Source: Fidelibacterota bacterium
Lineage (GTDB): Bacteria > Bipolaricaulota > Bipolaricaulia > UBA7950 > UBA9294
Length of the DNA stretch: 28,961 bases
Assembly: GCA_024278395.1 (NCBI GenBank)
Contig: JAJRTG010000081.1
Coordinates: 1-28,961 of the forward strand
Direction: 5' to 3'
Every line of letters begins with the position of its first letter. Positions within the stretch are counted from its first letter, which is position 1. Shown here in pieces: positions 25,354 to 28,961 of this stretch. The notes under the pieces are model-generated. The model was not told where the DNA came from. It did no database searches and saw only the letters and a list, made by a program, of their open reading frames with translations. The translations under genes and the position numbers were made by a program.

Positions 25354-25382
25354 AGCATACAGCCACACCCCGGGTTTGTCAA
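25354..25382 (-). promoter_or_regulatory. sigma70 promoter of the LacI sugar operon
   Basis: TTGACA (25382-25377), 17-bp spacer, TATGCT (25359-25354). Confidence 0.78.
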
Positions 25383-25412
25383 GTGGCCGGAGCGACAAAG
25401 ATGGAAGAAGCG

Positions 25413-25441
25413 TTGCGATCTCAACAGAATCGCGGTAGCAT
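25413..25441 (+). promoter_or_regulatory. Putative sigma70 promoter of the beta-CASP gene
   Basis: TTGCGA (25413-25418), 17-bp spacer, TAGCAT (25436-25441). Confidence 0.5.
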
Positions 25442-25496
25442 AGAAAAAAGCTCCGCACGGGGATCGTCGGTGCGGACGAAAAAGAGGGTGGAAGTA

Positions 25497-26873
25497 ATGC
25501 GGATCACATTTTGCGGCGCAGCAAAGACGGTAACCGGATCGTGCCATCTGATAGAGACGAACGGCCTCAAGATACTCCTCGACTGCGGGCTGTTCCAAGG
25601 ACGTCACGAGGTCGAGGACCGAAACTGGGCGGAGTTTCCGTTCGATCCGGCGGAGATCGACTACGTCATCCTCTCCCACTCGCACCTCGATCACGTGGGG
25701 AGGATCCCGCTGCTCATCAAGAACGGGTTCCGGGGAGAGGTGGTGACCACCCCGCCGAACGCGGCGATCGCCAAGGTGATCCTGATGGACTCCGCCCACC
25801 TGCAGGAGGAAGAGGCCGCCTACCACGCACGCAAGGCGCGCCGCCGGGGAGAGGAGGCGCGCCCGCCCCTCTACGACGTGGGCGACGCCCTCGATGCCCT
25901 CGAGGTCTTCCGCCACCGCGTCCCTTACGAAAAGCCGTTCAACCTGAACAACAGCGCTGAGGTGATCTTCCACGATGCCGGGCATATCCTCGGCTCGGCC
26001 ACGATCGAGCTGCGTGCGGAGGGAAAGACTCTCCTCTTCAGTGGAGATCTAGGGAACCGCCACCGGCCGATCGTGCGCGATCCGGCCGTCCCGCCGCATG
26101 CCGATGTCGTCCTCATCGAATCGACCTACGGGAACCGCCGCCACCGCCCGCTCGCCGAATCGGTGGATGAGCTCAAGGGCGCAATCCACACCGTGATCGG
26201 CCGCGGGGGGAACCTCCTCATCCCCTCCTTCGCCCTCGAGCGTACCCAGGAGGTGCTCTACGAGCTCTTCCTCATGTGGCGGAACAAGGAACTCCCGAGC
26301 TGCAAGATCTTCCTCGACAGCCCGCTCGCCATCGCGACGACGCGCATCTTCTCCAAGTTCCCCGGTTACTTCGACGAAGAGGGGAAGAAGGTCTTCTCCC
26401 AAACCCCCAACCCGTTCAACTTCCCACCGCTCCACTACACTCAGACCTCGGAGGAATCGAAGCGGATCAACAACCTGCCGGAGGGGAACATCATCATCGC
26501 CGGAAGCGGGATGTGCACCGGCGGGCGGATCGTGCACCACCTGCGCCACAACCTGTGGCGGGAGGAGGCGGGGGTGATCTTCGTCGGCTACCAGGCGCGC
26601 GGAACCCTCGGCCGCCAGATCATCGAAGGGGCGAAACAGGTGCATGTCCTGGGTGAGCCGACGGCGGTGCGGGCGCAGATCTGGACCGTAAACGGATTCT
26701 CCGCCCACGCCGATCAGCAGATACTCCTCGACTGGCTGAAGAAGGTCGACGCTGAGCGCGCCTTCCTCGTCCACGGCGAAGAAGAGACCCTCTCCGACTT
26801 CCAGGCGGCGATCAAAGACAAGCTCGGCAAAAGGGCCGAGATCGCCGAGTGGAAGCAGACGGTGGAGGTGTAA
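25497..26873 (+). CDS. MBL-fold beta-CASP ribonuclease (YSH1/CPSF73-like), 458 aa
   Basis: GAAKTVTGSCH, LDCGLFQG, HSHLDH, DAGHILGS, ESTYG, SFALERTQE, GSGMCTGGRI, FSAHAD, LVHGE. Confidence 0.95.
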   Translation: MRITFCGAAKTVTGSCHLIETNGLKILLDCGLFQGRHEVEDRNWAEFPFDPAEIDYVILSHSHLDHVGRIPLLIKNGFRGEVVTTPPNAAIAKVILMDSAHLQEEEAAYHARKARRRGEEARPPLYDVGDALDALEVFRHRVPYEKPFNLNNSAEVIFHDAGHILGSATIELRAEGKTLLFSGDLGNRHRPIVRDPAVPPHADVVLIESTYGNRRHRPLAESVDELKGAIHTVIGRGGNLLIPSFALERTQEVLYELFLMWRNKELPSCKIFLDSPLAIATTRIFSKFPGYFDEEGKKVFSQTPNPFNFPPLHYTQTSEESKRINNLPEGNIIIAGSGMCTGGRIVHHLRHNLWREEAGVIFVGYQARGTLGRQIIEGAKQVHVLGEPTAVRAQIWTVNGFSAHADQQILLDWLKKVDAERAFLVHGEEETLSDFQAAIKDKLGKRAEIAEWKQTVEV

Positions 26874-26955
26874 TCGCGCTCGGCAAGCATCGCCAAGGCA
26901 AACATCACCGTTCCCTTCCGACAAGCCCCGGGATCGAGTTGCTTCTCCTTCCTAT

Positions 26956-27007
26956 TTGACGCATCCATTCACGTCATGAATGATAATCATTCAGCCGGTG
27001 AATGGAT
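26956..27007. promoter_or_regulatory. Orphan 45-bp palindromic operator-like array, preceded by TTGACG
   Basis: ATCCATTCAC-GTCA-TGAATGAT-A-ATCATTCA-GCCG-GTGAATGGAT (26963-27007). The core AATGATAATCATT matches 13 consecutive bases of the classical Fur box. Confidence 0.65.
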
Positions 27008-27239
27008 CTACAAGCGCCGATGAGTGGTCAACGGCCATCGGATATGCCACACGACCTTCTCTCCCCGCGCGAGACGCACTGGGCCGATCCCTCCCTAAGT
27101 GGGAAAGCGGGCGCGCTGCTTTAGGGCTTGGTATTACTGCATCTCCAGGCCCTCGCCGATTCGCTTCATCCGCCAGCTGCGTAGTCCAACCGCGCCGTAG
27201 GTTGCAGCCTGTTGCCCCGATCGGCAAGAAACTCCGCGC

Positions 27240-28133
27240 TCATTCCGGAGTGCGCGTTGCCAAATAGAGGACCGGATGCAGCCCCTCGCTGATGGTGACG
27301 TAGGATCCCGCGCCGTGGACAAAGCAGATCGCCTCCCCCTGCGGCTCCTGTGCCACCGGCAGCGGGCATCCGTCGGATTGGATGAGCTCCGCGATCGAAG
27401 TTTCCGGATCCCGGCGCCAGATATAAGCGGTGAAGTACGTGCGGATGATGATCCAGCGGCCGTCTGGGCTTACATCACCACCGGTCGCTCCGTTGAACGG
27501 AAGATCTCCTGTGTACTCGAGAACGACCGTACTCTCCGGATCCTCGAGCTTCGCCCGGTAGATGCGCGAGCGAGGCTCCCACTTGGTGATCACGTAGAGC
27601 TCACCGGATGACGGGTCGATGAGGAGCGTCTCGGCGTCGTGCGGCCGATCGGGGTAGACGAGCCTGAACATCTCGACGTCCGTGATCTCCAGTCGCCCTC
27701 CTCCAGATGCTGCGTCGAGCCGCGGCTCGGGGAACCGGTAGACGCTTATGGTCCTTCTCCTCATCCCGTTATCGCCGATATCGGCGAGATAGATGTAGTT
27801 ACCGCCGGATCGCGGACCAGGACCGACAGCTATATCCTCGCAATCGACCGGTGAAACCCCGGTAAGCGTACACCGGGCGAGCAACACCCCGTTGAGCGAG
27901 ACGCCGTAGATCTCGGGAGGGGATCCCGAGTCCTCATGGATCCAGAACACCCCGGGATTCAGCCGGCTCGCGGCGATCCCAGAGACCTCCGTGATCCGCT
28001 CATCGGTCAAGATTCCGACCGGGGTCGGGTCACTGAACTTGGGACAGGCGGACATTGCCCATCCCGTCAGCCCGACAGCGACCACCAACAGTGAGAGAAA
28101 AGCCGCTCGGGCGACCGTGACCCGCTTTTTCAT
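27240..28133 (-). CDS. Secreted beta-propeller-like protein (phytase-like/SdiA-regulated-type hypothetical family)
   Basis: Signal peptide, then EVSGIAAS...WIHEDSG, DCEDIA, YLADIGDN, YPDRPHDAETL, TGGDVSPDG, QGEAI. Confidence 0.75.
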   Translation of the reverse strand: MKKRVTVARAAFLSLLVVAVGLTGWAMSACPKFSDPTPVGILTDERITEVSGIAASRLNPGVFWIHEDSGSPPEIYGVSLNGVLLARCTLTGVSPVDCEDIAVGPGPRSGGNYIYLADIGDNGMRRRTISVYRFPEPRLDAASGGGRLEITDVEMFRLVYPDRPHDAETLLIDPSSGELYVITKWEPRSRIYRAKLEDPESTVVLEYTGDLPFNGATGGDVSPDGRWIIIRTYFTAYIWRRDPETSIAELIQSDGCPLPVAQEPQGEAICFVHGAGSYVTISEGLHPVLYLATRTPE

Positions 28134-28149
28134 CGAAGCATCGACCCCG

Positions 28150-28569
28150 TTACTGCCCTGGCACCGGGAAGACGGAGAACCCGCTGACCGCGTTCACCCG
28201 CTGTTCCAAAAGCGTGACGAGTTCAGGAGAAAACCCGGCAACATCGGCCTCGGTGACGAGCGGGAGGACGATCGCCGCGGCGAGCATCTGCCGCTCGATG
28301 ATCTGGTACCCGATCGCCTGTACCTGAAACGAGCCGTATTCCTCCTCCGTGATCGGCCGGAGAACGACGACGAAGTCGGTCTCCGGAATGGTGGTGACGT
28401 AGAGGAGCTGTTCAGCCGGTCGTTCGCTCGTCGGAACGGGCTGCGGATAGCTCATAAGGTCCGTCAGGGTGGCAATCGGAAACAGGGGGGGCTCGGAGCC
28501 GACCGCCTGCACAACGCCTCCAAGAACGATCACTGCGACAACGATCAGAGACAACCGGAACACTCTCAT
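28150..28569 (-). CDS. Exported hypothetical protein (139 aa); mature part resembles phage tail assembly chaperones
   Basis: Perfect AAGGAGGTGA RBS, ATG at 28569, signal peptide (VVQA|VG), then 'VVLRPITEEEY...LAAAIVLP...LLEQRVNAVSGF'. Confidence 0.75.
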   Translation of the reverse strand: MRVFRLSLIVVAVIVLGGVVQAVGSEPPLFPIATLTDLMSYPQPVPTSERPAEQLLYVTTIPETDFVVVLRPITEEEYGSFQVQAIGYQIIERQMLAAAIVLPLVTEADVAGFSPELVTLLEQRVNAVSGFSVFPVPGQ

Positions 28570-28622
28570 CGATCTCACCTCCTTCGCCACCCAGGGCGGG
28601 GGACCCACCCGGGGCGACGGGG

Positions 28623-28961
28623 TTACTCCTGGTAGTGCAGCACCCACACCTCTGTTTTATCCGGAAGGCTCTCCTTGCTCAGCTTCACCTCCGAAGCGTC
28701 GAGGCAGTGCACCGTCCAGTGGGCCTCGGCGGCCTCGACGAAGTCATCCACCGGGGCAAGGGGCCAAGGGCAGAATCCGGCCACAAAATAGTGCATCGGG
28801 ACCACGATCCGCACCGTGGGAAGGCTTTGAACAACCTTGACCGCCTGATCGGCGTCTATCGTGTATACACCCCCCACCGGTACAAAAAGAACCTCCACAT
28901 CCCCCAGTTTGGCGACCTGCTCAGAAGAAAGAAGGGTCCCCAAGTCGCCGAGGTGGGCGAA
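28623..28961 (-). CDS. Metallo-beta-lactamase-fold hydrolase (Lactamase_B_3-like), C-terminal part (5' truncated by window edge)
   Basis: FAHLGDLG...VLFVPVGGVYTIDA...IVVPMHY. Frame is open to the window end. Confidence 0.88.
   Translation of the reverse strand, partial: FAHLGDLGTLLSSEQVAKLGDVEVLFVPVGGVYTIDADQAVKVVQSLPTVRIVVPMHYFVAGFCPWPLAPVDDFVEAAEAHWTVHCLDASEVKLSKESLPDKTEVWVLHYQE

Noticed and set aside
26980-27267. 95-aa (+) and 78-aa (-, 26991-27227) ORFs in the intergenic gap
   Set aside because: No RBS, no recognisable motifs, and the + ORF starts inside the palindrome. Not supported as CDS, though the region is kept as a finding.
1-28961. Genome-wide TAG reassignment (alternative genetic code)
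   Set aside because: Six genes end in TAG at positions consistent with true termini (e.g. next to a terminator or the next gene's RBS). Only context-specific readthrough remains possible.

Overview
GC-rich bacterial chromosome window. Its style suggests Ca. Bipolaricaulota/Acetothermia, but that is a guess and cannot be established from the sequence alone. Left to right: (1) the 3' end of aspS, coupled to a DUF4129 / membrane protein / MoxR AAA+ / DUF58 / membrane protein operon. (2) A convergent minus-strand cluster of four secreted proteins. Three share PKD domains and a repeated beta-sandwich module; two of these also carry a duplicated-helix, dockerin-like module; one has a VWA domain; one is interrupted by an in-frame TAG. 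(3) ileS-purA followed by a solitary rplM with its own consensus promoter and terminator and no rpsI; ileS has a possible Ile-rich leader peptide. (4) A LacI-type sugar locus: class I aldolase, ABC binding protein plus two permeases, cytoplasmic sialidase-like BNR protein, L-fucose/D-arabinose isomerase-family protein, and a convergent FGGY kinase. Together these enzymes would fit Kdo/ulosonate catabolism. (5) A beta-CASP ribonuclease, an orphan 45-bp palindromic array with 11-bp phasing between convergent genes, a secreted propeller-like protein, a signal-peptide protein resembling phage tail assembly chaperones, and a partial metallo-beta-lactamase-fold gene. No rRNA, tRNA, CRISPR array or mobile element was recognised. 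Domain assignments come from motif recognition, not database searches.
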